In this document: piece after piece, positions 51,975 to 64,000 of the stretch | How positions within the stretch are numbered: the first letter of the stretch is position 1 | Layout of the letters: every line of letters starts with the position of its first letter | Assembly: GCF_963921235.1 (NCBI RefSeq) | Contig: NC_086100.1 | Span: forward strand, 32,612,001-32,676,000 | Length of the DNA: 64,000 nucleotides | Reading direction: 5' to 3' | Origin: Mobula hypostoma | Taxonomy: Eukaryota | Notes under the pieces: model-generated | Seen by the model: only the letters and a program-made list of their open reading frames with translations | The model's database searches: none | Told to the model about the DNA's origin: nothing | Position numbers and translations under genes: made by a program

Positions 51975-53325
51975 TCTAGTCATGCAGCGCCTGCCCAACA
52001 TTCTTTTCCTGGCCTTTCGTATACTGTGGCAACATGGATCCACTCCAATTAGCTTACCATCATAACAAGTCAACAGGACATGCCACTTCATTGGCCCTTC
52101 ACTCAATTTGAACACCTGGACAATGTGTTCTTCATTGACTACAGCTCAGCATTCAACAGTCACCCCCAGAATACTCATCGCTCAGCTCAAAGACCTGGGC
52201 CTCGTGTCTCCCTGCACAACAGGGTCCCCTATTTCCTCACTTCTCAGTCAGTAAAGATTGGCAACTTTGCCTATGCACCAGGGGTTCCCAACCTGTGGTC
52301 CACGAACCCCTTGGTTAATGCGAAGGGTCTATGGCAAAAAACAGTTGGGAACTCGTGCACTACACTCACCATAAGCACAGGTGCACCACAGGCTATATAT
52401 TTAGCCTTTTGCATTACTCACTCTATATCTATGATTGTGTAACTAAGTACAGCTTATCTACTGTATTTTAGTTTGCTGACAACACCATGTTGTTGACCGA
52501 ATCAAAGGTGGTGACGAAATGGCATGTGGGGGTGGGGGGGAGATTGAAAGTCTGGCTGAATGGTGCCACAACAACTTCTCACTCAACCAAAACCAAAGAG
52601 CTGATTGTTGACTACAGGAGGAAGAAATCACGTCCATAAGCCAGTCCACATTAGGGGATCAGAGGTAGCTTTAAATTTCCTGGGCATTGTCGTATCAACA
52701 CACAAGTGCCATCACAAAGGAGGCACAATAGTGCCTCTACCTAGAAGTTTGTGTAGATTTGGCATGTCCTAAAATTTAGATAAACTTCTAAAGATGCACA
52801 TTGAAGAGTACCTTAACTGTTCGCATCATGGTCTGGTACGGAAACATCAATGCCTAGGAGCAGAAAAGTCTACAGAAAGTGGTGTGCACAGCTCAGTCCA
52901 TCACAAGAAAAGCTCTCCACATCATTGAGCACATTTACATGGAGTGCTGTCACAAGAAAGCAATATCCATCAAGAAACCCCACCATGCTTTCTTCTTGCT
53001 ACAACCAACAGGCAGGAAGTATAGAAGCATTAGGTCCCACACCAACAGGTTCAGGAACAATTAAGGTTCCTGAACAGGTGTGAACAACTTTACTCACCAT
53101 AACTTTGAACTGACGCTACATCTTTCGAAGACTCTTTATAACCTATGTTCTCAGTTTTTTACTTGCACGCCTTTTTTTGCATATTGGTTGTTTTTCAGTG
53201 TTTGTTCATAGTTTCCCCCCCCCCCATAAATTGAATATCTTCCTTTATTTTTCTGTTAATTCCTGCCAAAATGATTTATGGTAACAAATACATATTTTGA
53301 TAATAAGTTTTACTTTTGACTTTGG
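51975..53325 (+). mobile_element. Rex1/Babar LINE RT and 3' remnant
   Basis: FFIDYSSAFN, ISTGAPQ, FADNT, KTKELIVDYR, GRKYRSIRSHTNRFRN. Confidence 0.75.
52279..52357. mobile_element. 79-bp hAT-type MITE
   Basis: CAGGGGTTCCCAAC...GTTGGGAACTCGTG termini; same family as 57604-57682 in opposite orientation. Confidence 0.6.
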
Positions 53326-54619
53326 TAACAGCTTGGTGCTAGTGTCTCAAGGCTCAAAGGACCCATGCTTGATCTTAATCTCAGGTGTTATATCTGCAGT
53401 TTGCACAATCTCCCTCTTGGGAGCTCCATTTCTCTACAATAAATTGGCCTTTATTTTGATATGTGAAAGAGGAAGTGTTGCAAGGCTACTGTGAAATAGA
53501 GGGAACAAAATTGATGGGATTGCTGTATTGGAAGCCAGTATGGCTGGCTGACCAGTCTCCTGTGTGTTAAGGAACATGAAACTGTGGCAGAGAAAGGTGT
53601 TTCAGACTGGAGGTAAGTGTACAGTACACCACAGGTCAGTACCAGAACTGGCTTTCTTCAATAATTTGGGCTTTGGTGACCATGGCACCAAACTGGTAGA
53701 TAACAAAGATGGGTATTTTGTGAGCTGAGAGGAGGATGCCAATAAACTAAAGAGAAACAAAAAAGAGCAGATGAATCATTGGCCAGATGGCAGATGAAAT
53801 TTAATGTCCAGAGGTGTTTCAATATGGAAAAAATAATAAAGGAATGAGCAGATATAAACTGAACGCACAAATGTGAACGGAATATATATATATATATAAG
53901 GTATATGTGCAATTTGTTCAGTTACCATGTGGGTTTCCTTTTGGTACTCTTGATTTCCTCTTAAATAGAAAAGATGTGATTTATTCAGTTACAGTATATT
54001 ATTCTTTAAAGTAGGTGAACACCGGAGGTATCAAAATGTGAGTCGTTCGACATGCAAGTGAGATTAAATTGAGGAGTAGCAAGATGACATGGGAATAAAT
54101 TGATTGGATTGCTTTGTCTACGTCATAATGGAGACAAATTATCCTTAATTAACAGCAATATTGCTCATACCTTAAGTTGCCAATTCTCCTAAATGATGAA
54201 ATGCTCCAATAGACCTTCCCCATCTTTTCTGTTATTAAGTCTACTTCTTCAACCAAGCTTTCAGTTTCTCACCCCAATATCTTTTTATCTGGTTCATTCC
54301 CAAAACTACAATATTAGGATTAATCTGATTACTTGTTAATATCACAAATTGTCCTGGATTATTTTATTGAGTTGCTGGCATTATATAAAATCAAGTTCAT
54401 TGATCACATACATTCATGTTGATTTCTCACTAACAAAAAAGTTCTCTCTCAATATAGATCCTAAATGGGTGTGCTGCTTTATTTACCAAGTCAATTACAT
54501 TGGAATTACACAAATAGAACAAATTGTCAATTTTTAAAGTTTTGCCATATAGATTTTCTGTACAATAGGCTGAACACAATTGACTGAAACTGTCTGTTTC
54601 ACTATTTCATGATTAATTA

Positions 54620-54890
54620 ATGTAGCAGAGACTGGTGCTGTTACCCAGGTAGAATTCTGACCTATGGTGCCAGCTGTGTGGAGTTTGTATGTTCTCTCTG
54701 TGACCAGGTGAGTTCACCCCCACCCCCCCTCAAATCAGTGCTCACACCCCAGAGACAAGCTGACTGGTAGGTTAATTAGTTACAGTAAAATGTCCTTAAG
54801 AGTGCAGGTAGACTGTAGAGGGAGTGGATGGGGTGGGGATACGGTAACATCATTGTGTACATGGGTCAGCACCACGTCTATGACTGTTCT
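54620..54890 (+). mobile_element. V-SINE (HE1-like), degenerate
   Basis: TGTGTGGAGTTTGTATGTTCTCTCTGTGACC...GGTAGGTTAATTAGTTACAGTAAAATGTCC. Confidence 0.55.
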
Positions 54891-55232
54891 AATCGCATGC
54901 AATAAGAACTGTTCAGTGGCATAATTTTGAGTTGTCATTATTTACACTTCAGTGTATTTAAATATACACCAAAACAAATTGTGAAACCACAATATTGTTT
55001 CATAGGAAAGTTGTCCTGTGTATAATTTGGCCTGGCGGGCGATTTCAATCTTGTTTCCGGCTCTTTGTCGAGATAAAAGTTGCGATAGAAGTTGAACACC
55101 GAGATCCATACAAACGTCCTGCGCTCTCCTGAGACAGTTTTTTTCCTGCTCTGCTTCCCAACGGAAAAGCCTTCCACGATACCTTTGTTCCTGCTCCAGC
55201 TACTGACTGGGGATCTCGGAAAGACTCCTGGT

Positions 55233-55505
55233 TTACTTCTGTTTCTTCTGCCCAGAGGCCCCCATCAAGGCGTTCTTCAGCCGGGCCGCTCTCCGGCTCA
55301 GGTCCCCGAGGTTGCGGGCGAATGTGCCGGGCCGAAGGGCACCGGAGCGGTTCAGCCGCTCGGCCGCCTCCTGGCTGCCCAGCTGGAGCCGCGTGATAGC
55401 GTAGACGGTGATCTGGGCCGCCCTCCGGATCGGCCGCGTCTCCGACAGTTTCTCTACCAGCTGAGCGTTGTTCAGCAACATTAGCAGCAATCTTCGCAAA
55501 ACCAT
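55233..55505 (-). CDS. NCBP2AS2: NCBP2AS2 (HIAR/KRASIM) small protein, 90 aa, single coding exon
   Basis: MVLRRLLLMLLNNAQLVEKLSETRPIRRAAQITVYAI matches the family N-terminus; expected position between PIGZ and NCBP2; candidate minus-strand AATAAA at 54478-54483. Confidence 0.9.
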   Translation of the reverse strand: MVLRRLLLMLLNNAQLVEKLSETRPIRRAAQITVYAITRLQLGSQEAAERLNRSGALRPGTFARNLGDLSRRAARLKNALMGASGQKKQK

Positions 55506-55909
55506 GTCAGAGCCCGGGGCTGCGGTCTCACCAACTTCACCGGCGGCTCTCGACCTCTCCGTATCGACTGTCTTGCCATGCTCGATCGATCGCTCGGTGA
55601 TCGGCAGCGGCGGTCCGTCACTTTGATAGTCACGTGGGACCATGCGGTTCTGATTTGAAACAATTTGCCAATTTCTTTGCAATGGATCGTTTTAAGGAAC
55701 ACACACATAACAGCTATTTCTATACGTCTGTAATTGCTCATTAAACTGCCGCTGAGCCTGTGCATGCATATCCGGGAACTACTAGTAAGGAGCCAGTGAG
55801 CACACGGACGTGTTTGGTGTGGGACCGGCTTCCCGAATCTTCGGTCGGTCGAGCGTCGTGGCGGAGTTTATTTTTCGACTTTCGCAAGGATCCGTTTCCA
55901 GCCGAAGTT
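55506..55909. promoter_or_regulatory. Bidirectional CpG-island promoter and 5' UTRs of NCBP2AS2 and NCBP2
   Basis: Divergent ATGs 404 bp apart in a CpG-dense island (about 55030-56210); E-box CACGTG 55631-55636. Confidence 0.8.
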
Positions 55910-55984
55910 ATGTCAGTATCGCTGAATGCCCTCAACAGCGACTCTCACGTGGAGCTGAGCCAGTACCGAGACCAGCACTTTCGG
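55910..55984 (+). CDS. NCBP2: NCBP2 (CBP20) coding exon 1; later exons not seen in the window
   Basis: MSVSLNALNSDSHVELSQYRDQHFR followed by phase-0 donor CGG|GTAACT. Confidence 0.92.
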
Positions 55985-56799
55985 GTAACTCTTCCTACAC
56001 CCCTCCCCCCCGCACGGACCGGGCGAGGGTGGTCGCCTCCACCATGCGGTGTAGAGCGGGGCTGGTGGAAGGGCTTCATCCCCAGGGAGGCAAACATTGA
56101 TAATTCTCTGCCTTGCGGAATTGCGGTGGTTAATCTATCAATACTCCGTTAATGCAGTAGGGGCAGCACTTTGGTGTCGGACTGGCGGGCTTTTCCAGAC
56201 CGGTGAATGGTATTTGTATTCATACTTTTTAAGTTCATTTTATTGATACGCGGCGTTATTATGCATTTTCTTACTGAAAACAATACTTCATGGTAGGTAG
56301 TAGTAAAGAGACTACCTGTTTTACTCTTTACTCAAGTGTAAAGAGAGCATGAGAACCAGAGCCCAAGTAAGTTGGAGAGGATGTAGCAGATGCCTGGTGA
56401 GCAAAATTTTAGTGAATTATTGGAGTTTTACTGCATTCAGGGCCAAGGTTTTGACGGTTTATGGGAAATAGGCAGGAACGTGGAGATAGAACAATGATCA
56501 CATCAGCCGTTATCTTACTGAGTGTTGAGGAAGGTATTTGAAGTACTTAAGTTCCTATTTCCAATGGAAATTAAAATTGTGGACGTTGGAAATGTTTTTT
56601 AAAAAATGCTGTAAACACTTAGCAACTAAGGTAGAATACTGTGAAAAAAAGTGGCAGTTAATGTTTTAAGTTTGAGGCTACTCATTGGAACACAGAACAA
56701 ATTTGGTTTGAGTGGCTGAAGAGATGGTAGAACAAGAAAATCTCAGACTCATAACATACTTCAGATTTGGACGAAATTCTGGTAGGCTTGTAGATAACA

Positions 56800-59365
56800 T
56801 ACCGGGTCTCTAATAAAATGGATAAAATTTGAGTGAGACCTGCCACGCAAAGGGATTTGCTACACTGCTGTGTAATGATCTTCACTGAAACTTAGTTGGA
56901 TCATAATGTACTCTGTGTAGCTATTGAGCTATCAGTCTGACAGAAGGCATGATTCCAGTAAGAAATCAGGTGGTAGCTTATGCATTCATGTTAACAATGC
57001 CTAGTGCAAGAACTCTGAAATCATTGTGAGTCATTGCTGTCCCAACCTGGAATATCTTATGCCATCTGCTGAGCAAATTCACAGTTGTTTACATCACATC
57101 AGTCTATATCCCAGCACAATCCAACACTAAGTTAGCATTAGCACAACTGTAAGATATTACTAATAAGCAACTGTCTGCCCACCCTGATGTACCTTCATCA
57201 TAGCCTGTGATTTCAATCAAACCAATGTTAAGACAGTATTCCCTAAATTTTGCTGGAATATGAAATACCCCAAGGGGCAACAATACACTGCACCAGTTTA
57301 CACCGATATTGTGGGCACATGGCTTATCCATGCCCTCACCTGGGACTGTCTGACAATACACTGGACCAGTTCACACCGATATTGTGGGCGCATACAAGGC
57401 TTATCCATGCCCTCACCTGGGACTGTCTGACCACCTGTCTTTATTTCTAATCCTAGCCTACGGACCAGTGATAAGGAAGGCAAAACTAAATAGTGACAGA
57501 GTGGCCTGAGGGAGCCATCTCACTGCTTTAGGACTGCTTTGAGTGCACAGACTGGAACCTATTTGCATGCCAAGCAATGCATGATTCAGGAATTGACTTA
57601 AAGCAGGGGTTCCCAACCTTTTTTATGCCATGACCAACACCATTAAGCAAGGTGTCAGTGGACCCCAGGATGGGAACCCCTGACTTGGAGGAATATGCCA
57701 CCACGGTCTTGCACTTTATCAAATACCGTGTAGACAATGTCACCAGCGATTTTTAAAAACATCCTTGTCTTCCCGAATCAGAAGCCATGGATGAACAGCG
57801 AAGTCCGCAACCTACTCAGGCTCGGGATGCTGCTAACAGATCCAGTGACACTGCAGCATAAGTTGAAGCCAGGTCCAGCATTTAAAGAGACATTAAAACT
57901 GAAGTACAGATTCAAGCAACAGATAGACACACTTCAGTAATGGGACCAACCCCCGATGCGTGCGAAATGCATCAGGTCCATCACTGACTATAGAGGAAAG
58001 AACTCCTTCCCTGCAAACAGCGACACCATGCTAGCTGAGGAGCTAAACAACTTCTTTGCTCGGTTTGACAGGCACAACAATGAACAGTTGATGAAGGCCT
58101 TGACACGAGGAGGACACAGCGCTGACATTGAGCACACATAAGGTGAGACGTACTCTCCACAGTATCAACACACGCCAGATGACATACCCGAGCGGGTCCT
58201 TGGAGACTGTACTGACCAGTTGGCAGAGGTTTTTACTGAAATCTATAATCTCTCTCTTCCCTTGCTGTGGTCCCTGCATGCTTCAAAACATGAACCATCA
58301 TATCAATCCTTAAGCAGTCAACGGTAACATGCCTCAATGATTACAAAGCAGTTGCATTCACACCCACCCCATAGCTGCCAAATGCCTGGAGAGACTAGTT
58401 ATGTCCCACATTAAGAATACCATCCCTGCTACTGTGTTCCTGCACCAATTTGCCTATAAGGCAAACAGATCAACGAGAACGCTATCTCCATTGCTTTCCT
58501 TGACATACTGGTACACCTGGAGCATAAGGATGCCTACACAGAATGCTTTTTGTTGACAGTTCTTCCTTCAACACCATTCTCCCAACGAGTTGACCATTAA
58601 ACTACACAATCTGGGATTCAGTACATCAATCTGCAACTGGACTCTGGACTTCCTTACAAATCACACCCAGACAGACAAATGCACATCAACCTCCCTGACT
58701 CTGAACACTGGTGCACCACTCCTTTACACGCTTCTCATCCATGACTGTGCCCTTGCTTATGCCACCAACTTCTTCATCATATTTGCAGTTGACTCCACAA
58801 TGATTGGATTAATTGCAAATAACTAGAAAACGGCATATTTGGGGGCGGGGGGGGGAAGATGCAGAAACAGTCTGAAATGTACAATGACCATAACCTTTCA
58901 CTCAGCATCAAAAATTTTAAATGATTATCGACTTCAAGAAATCAAGAAGCTTCATTACTTATAAATAGGGAAGCAGTAAAAAGGATCTGCAGCTTTAAGT
59001 TCTTGGGAGTGAACATCACAGAGGAGCTCTCTTGGACCTCCTTGATAGTAGGGAAGGCTCAGCGTACTATCTTGGGAGATATGATTACAATGTGGTACAC
59101 TAACTGCAACAAGATCAACCAGAAAGAACTTCAACGAGTGATCAGGACTGCACAGAACATCACTGGGATACATCTACCAGATATGGAAACCATCTACAAA
59201 TCACACTGTCTACGGCGGGCTCGCAACTTTGTGATGGACTCATCCCATCCCAATTATCGTCTATTCAATCTCCAACCATTTGGCAGGAGATACAGAAACA
59301 TCTCTACACAGACATCCAGACTGAAACACAGTGGTTTTTTTTCCCCGGGGCTGTTGTGCAACTGA
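56800..59365 (+). mobile_element. Near full-length degenerate Rex1/Babar LINE in NCBP2 intron 1
   Basis: IFTET.L, VYIP, FPNQKPWMNSEVR, EELNNFFARF, ICNWTLDFLT, FLGVNITEELSW, GRRYRNI in order. Confidence 0.8.
57604..57682. mobile_element. 79-bp hAT-type MITE
   Basis: TIR CAGGGGTTCCCAACC / GGATGGGAACCCCTG; decayed 8-bp TSD ACTTAAAG/ACTTGGAG. Confidence 0.7.
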
Positions 59366-60464
59366 ACAATGCCACCCAACCCACCCACAGTCAACAGGCA
59401 CCATGGACAATCTCTAAGTGCAATACATGGGCATATGCAGTGTTTAGGTTTAAATGGGGCAGCTACCTTCCTTTCATTTCAGAGCTCTTGGGTTTTTTAA
59501 AGTTTCAGCTTTAATCCTTGATGCTATTTATATTTAGTTATATTTTATAAAATGGGCATAGGCGTGTACAATATTTGAATGGAACAACCACTTTTTAAAA
59601 ATTTGTTTGTTTTTGATTCAGTTATAACTTAGATGTGATTCTAAATAACTTGGCCATTATTTCAATTCTAATCATTGTGTTTTTATTAACTGAATTGCCA
59701 GTGAAACACACTGGTTTCCTTAGCTGTGTAAGTCTAGGGAAGACACTGTCAAGTCCCACCAAACTCGTGAGATTGAGATGGCTCATCCCACCTCAGACCC
59801 TGGTTTGGGTGGATGTTGTGTAATTTGCTACCCTTTACAAATTAGTGCCACGATATAACAGCCAGTACACTTCATATGTTTGGTGGAATTATATTTATGA
59901 ATCTTAACTAAAAGGTTCGTAAAGAATAACAGAAAGAAAAGGGCCCATTCTAATTAAACAGTCAAATGTGCACAAGTTGGAGCTCATCTTGAACTTCTCT
60001 GTCACTAACACGCTGGGCCCTTGGTCAGCGTGAACATCCACATCACCTTCCGAACGTCACTTGCAATCCATCTCGAACAAACAGGTCTCCCACCGGATCG
60101 TATGCTATGACTGGTTCTCCCCAGCATCTTTTCTCTTAATTTCCTTTTGAACAAAAGTCCAAGACCAACCTTATTGCCCCTCACCAAGAAAACCTCCAGC
60201 TAATTGGACAGCATACATTCCACATCATCCCTTATCTTCAACAATAACCCAAACAGGCTGAAAGCAGAACAGAGCTGCTAAATGGAATTGCTACAGCAAA
60301 GTAGTAACGATGTGAATCAGGGTATTACACTAGTATGCTGTTTTGCACTGAATGGAGTTGAACCTTAATTTCATAGTCCTGAGCAATGACAATAAAGCCC
60401 TAAAATTTAACTTACAAGATTAGTGGTGTTGTGAATTGCCTAGAAGGTTGCCAAAGGATATAAG

Positions 60465-61845
60465 ACTGTGTCATAGGAGCAGAATTAGGCCATTTGGCCC
60501 ATCAAGTCTGCTTCATTACTCAGTCATGGCTGATCCGCTTTTCCCCTCCATAGCCCCACTTCCCAGCCTTCTCTCTGTAACCTTTGATGCCATGTCCAAT
60601 CAAGACCCTAGCAGTCTCTGTCTTAAATACATCCAATGACCTGACCTCCATAGCTGCCTTTGGTAACAGATTCCACAAACTCACCATCCTCTAGCTAAGA
60701 AATTTCTCCTCATCTGGTTGAAATGGATGCTCTTCTATCCTGAGGCTGTGCCCTCTTGTCCTAGACTCCCCCACCATGGGAAGCATCCTTTGTCCACTCT
60801 GTCTAAGCCTTTCAACATTCGAAAGGTTTCAAAGCGAACCCACCGCATCCTTCTAAATTCCAGCGAGTACAAACCCAAAGCCATCAAATGTTCCTCATAT
60901 GATGACCCTTTTTATTCCTGGAATCATCTTTGTGAACCTCCTCTGAACCTTCTCCAATGCCAGGATCTCTTTTCTTAGATGAGGAGCCCAAAACTGTTCA
61001 CAATACTCAAGTTGAGGCTGCACCAGCATCTTACAAAGCCTCAGCATCACACCCATTTGTTGTATAATCTAGACCTCGTGAAATGAATGCCAACATTGCA
61101 TTTGCCTTCCTCTTAGCCGACTCTACATAGAACATAGAATAGTACAGCACAGTACAGGCCCTTCGGCCCACAATGTTGTGCCGACCCTTAAACCCTACCT
61201 CCCATATAACCCCCCCCCCAACCTTAAATTCCTCCATATACCTGTCTGGTAGCCTCTTAAATTTCACTAGTATGTCTGCCTCCACCACTGACTCAGGCAG
61301 TGCATTCCACGCACCAGCTACTCTCTGAGTAAAAAACCTTCCTCTGATATCCCCCTTGAACTTCCCACCCCTTACCTTAAAGCCATGTCCTCTTGTACTG
61401 AGCAGTGGTGCCTTGGGGAAGAGGTGCTGGCTGTCCACTCTATCTATTCCTCTTAATATCTTGTACACCTCTATCATGTCTCCTCTCATCCTGCTTCTCT
61501 CCAAAGAGTAAAGCTCTAGCTCCCTTAATCTCTGATCATAATGCATACTCTCTAAACCAGGCAGCATCCTGGTAAATCTCCTCTGTACCCTTTCCAGTGC
61601 TTCCACATCCTTCCTATAGTGAGGTGACCAGAACTGGACACAGTACTTCAAGTGTGGCCTAACCAGAGTTTTATAGAGCTGCATCATTACCTCGACTCTT
61701 AAACTCTATCCCTCAACTTATGGAAGCTAACATCCTGTAAGCTTTCTTAACTATCCTATCTACCTGTGAGGCAATTTTAAGGGATCTGTGGACATGTACC
61801 CCCAGATCCCTTTGCTCCTCCAGACTACCAAGTATCCTGCCACAA
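60465..61845 (-). mobile_element. Two stacked CR1 3' fragments (junction near 61125)
   Basis: ORF 61031-61687 LYKTLVRPHLKYCVQFWSPHY; TTCTATGTTCTATG tail at the junction, then a second KANAMLAFISRG fragment. Confidence 0.85.
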
Positions 61846-61849
61846 TACC

Positions 61850-62825
61850 ACAATTTTATTATACAACAATAAGATTGACAAATGAACAAAAATTAAATTG
61901 ATTCACTCACCAATCAGTGAGAGAAGTGACAGCGACGGGATGAGGTAATCCCTCTGATGTCGGGCCTATATTCTGTTGTGGCAATCCTGAGGCATTGGCC
62001 AAGATGTGCATTGGGGAGTCTGTTTCTGTCCTGGGTCTTGATAGCCGACAATGGCACCGTCTTTAATAGCTCCACAACCGTTTTCTTGGTTTTTTCATCT
62101 TGACTTAAAAACTTCGCCAACCGTATCATTAGCACACGTTTTAATCAACTCGGCATCAGCGAATGGTTTCTTAGCTTTGGCATGATTCCATGACACATGC
62201 AATGATGCAGCTGTTGCGCTCTCTTGTGCAGATATTGACTTAGTAGAAATGGAGTGCTTGTATGATGTTATCATGTTTGCAATTTTTTTGTTTGCGTTGA
62301 TCTGATTTTGCAGGTTAGTTGGCATTAAAACTGGCAGCATGCATAGTGCTGAAGTGCCGCTTTAGATTTTCTGATTTGCGGACAGCTACGGACTGCATGC
62401 ATATTAAGCATGTCAGTTTAACTTTGGCATGGTCTGGTAAAATAAAATAAAACTGATCAGTCCAGTCAGATTTGAACTGACAGTTTTCCTGGTCGACTTT
62501 GCGCTTTTTCGCGCAGGCCGTGTTGTTCTTGGTTTAGGGTCCGTGACTTACTGCTGATAACAATTTGCTTAGATTACAGATTCGCTTCTTAGATGTCAGG
62601 CAGGTAGCTGGTGCGTGCCACTGTCTAGTCGAGGACTGTAGAGAGCGCACGGTAGGTTGCGCACTCTACGGGGGCGTAGGTCAAGTGTACGGTCTGGGAT
62701 AAGGTTAAAATAAATTGGAGCAGCGCGTGCTTTATTTACATGTTATGACAGGTGTGTTCACGTAAGTGCCAATGGATTCTCGCGGTCCAGACCCTGGCCC
62801 GCGGTCCGCCCATTGGGGTTGTCTG
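61850..62825 (-). mobile_element. Internally deleted hAT (Charlie-like) element
   Basis: KKRKVDQENCQFKSDW...CLIC...NLKRHF BED region and KKPFADAELIK joined almost directly to the C-terminal RNRL...HL..CLRIATT..PDI; DDE core missing; only one terminus visible (about 62825). Confidence 0.75.
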
Positions 62826-64000
62826 CTGTAGGCTTTTAAAAGCTTCACAATCCTCTATCTTCCCACTTAATTTTGCTTTTTTGTATGTCCTCTCTTTTGC
62901 TTTTACATTAGCTTTGACTTCCATTGTCAGCCACAGTTGTACTATTTCGTCATTTGAGTATTTCTTCGTTTTTTGGAATACATCTGTCTTGTGCCTTCCT
63001 CATTTTTCCCAGAAACTCACCATTGCTGCTCTGCTGTCATCCCTGCCAGCATCTTCTTCCAATTTATTTTGGCCAGCTCCTCTCTCATAACACTGTAATT
63101 TCCTTTACTCCTCTGAAATACTGCTATGTCAGACTTTACTTTCTCCCTATCAAATTTCAAGTTGAACTCAATCATGTTGTGATCACTGCTTCCTGAGGGT
63201 TATTTTACCTTAAGCTCCCTAATCACCTCTGGTTCATTACATAACACCCAATCCAGTATAGCTGATCCCCCTAGTAGGCTCAATGATAAACTGCTCTAAA
63301 AAGCCATCTCATAGCCATTCAGCAAACTCACTCTCTTGAGATCCATTACCAACTTGATTTTCTCAATCGACCTGCATGTTACAATCTCTCATGACTATCA
63401 TAACATTGCCCTTTTGACACACCTTTTCTATTTCCCATTGTAATCTGTGATCAACATCCCAACTACTGTTGGGAGGCCTGTATACAACTGCCATCAGGGA
63501 CTTTTTCCCCTTACAGTTTAACTCAACCCACAAGGATTCAACATCTTCCGATCTTGTGTCACATCTTACTACTGACTTGATGCCATTCTTTACTAGCACG
63601 CCACCCCCTTCTGTCTATCTTCCTATCCCTCCAGTACAATGTGTCATCTTGGCCATTCCGTTCCCAACTACAACCATCCTTCTGCCATGGTACAGTGATG
63701 GCCACAACATCATACCTGTCAATCTGTAATAGTGCAACAAGATCATCCACCTTATCTCAGGTTCTCCATGCATTGACATATAATACTTTGAGTACTGTAT
63801 TTACTATCCTTTTTGATTCTGCATCGCTAATGCATTGATACTCACTGTTGTCTTCAATTTTGTCCTATCATCGTAACTGCCTGCTATCTTCACTTTTTTA
63901 CCATCTGTCCTGTCCTGAGTCCCTTCACTCTGGTTCCCACCCCGCTGGCAAATTAGTTTAATCCTCCTGAACAGCTCTAATAAACCTGACCATGGTACAT
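62826..64000 (-). mobile_element. CR1 LINE ORF2 endonuclease region
   Basis: YDVVAIT, VESLWVEL, VVYRPPNS, LGSSDHN motifs on the minus strand. Confidence 0.85.

Noticed and set aside
55506-55682. 59-aa N-terminal extension of NCBP2AS2 in the ORF track
   Set aside because: Begins at a non-ATG codon inside the promoter; family similarity starts at MVLRR
57281-57431. CRISPR-like or prokaryotic repeat array
   Set aside because: Only two adjacent units with no spacers; the whole window is eukaryotic with spliceosomal introns
59727-60329. Possible solo LTR (TGTAA...TTACA)
   Set aside because: No TSD could be matched and the left boundary is ambiguous

Overview
Repeat-rich, AT-rich vertebrate genomic DNA. 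The repeat set (CR1 LINEs, HE1/V-SINEs, Rex1/Babar, Penelope-derived fold-backs) suggests a cartilaginous fish, probably a ray (inference). Host genes follow the conserved PIGZ-NCBP2AS2-NCBP2 block: an intact PIGZ (GPI mannosyltransferase 4, 582 aa), a tandem PIGZ paralog with the same exon structure but 3 frameshifts and 1 nonsense codon, single-exon NCBP2AS2 on the minus strand, and NCBP2 exon 1 head-to-head with it. Mobile DNA includes a full-length but dead CsRn1-lineage Gypsy LTR element (4-bp TSD, tRNA-Trp PBS, intact -1 frameshift signal), a full-length hAT element, an RNase H-bearing Nimb/I-group LINE, a Harbinger fossil and many LINE/SINE fragments. The most intriguing items are small structured-RNA inserts: a 96-bp TSD-flanked insert with an intact minimal hammerhead ribozyme core, and a 327-bp TSD-flanked RTE-derived element whose 5' half can fold into a compact double-pseudoknot RNA. 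All family assignments come from motif recognition by eye; no database searches were run.
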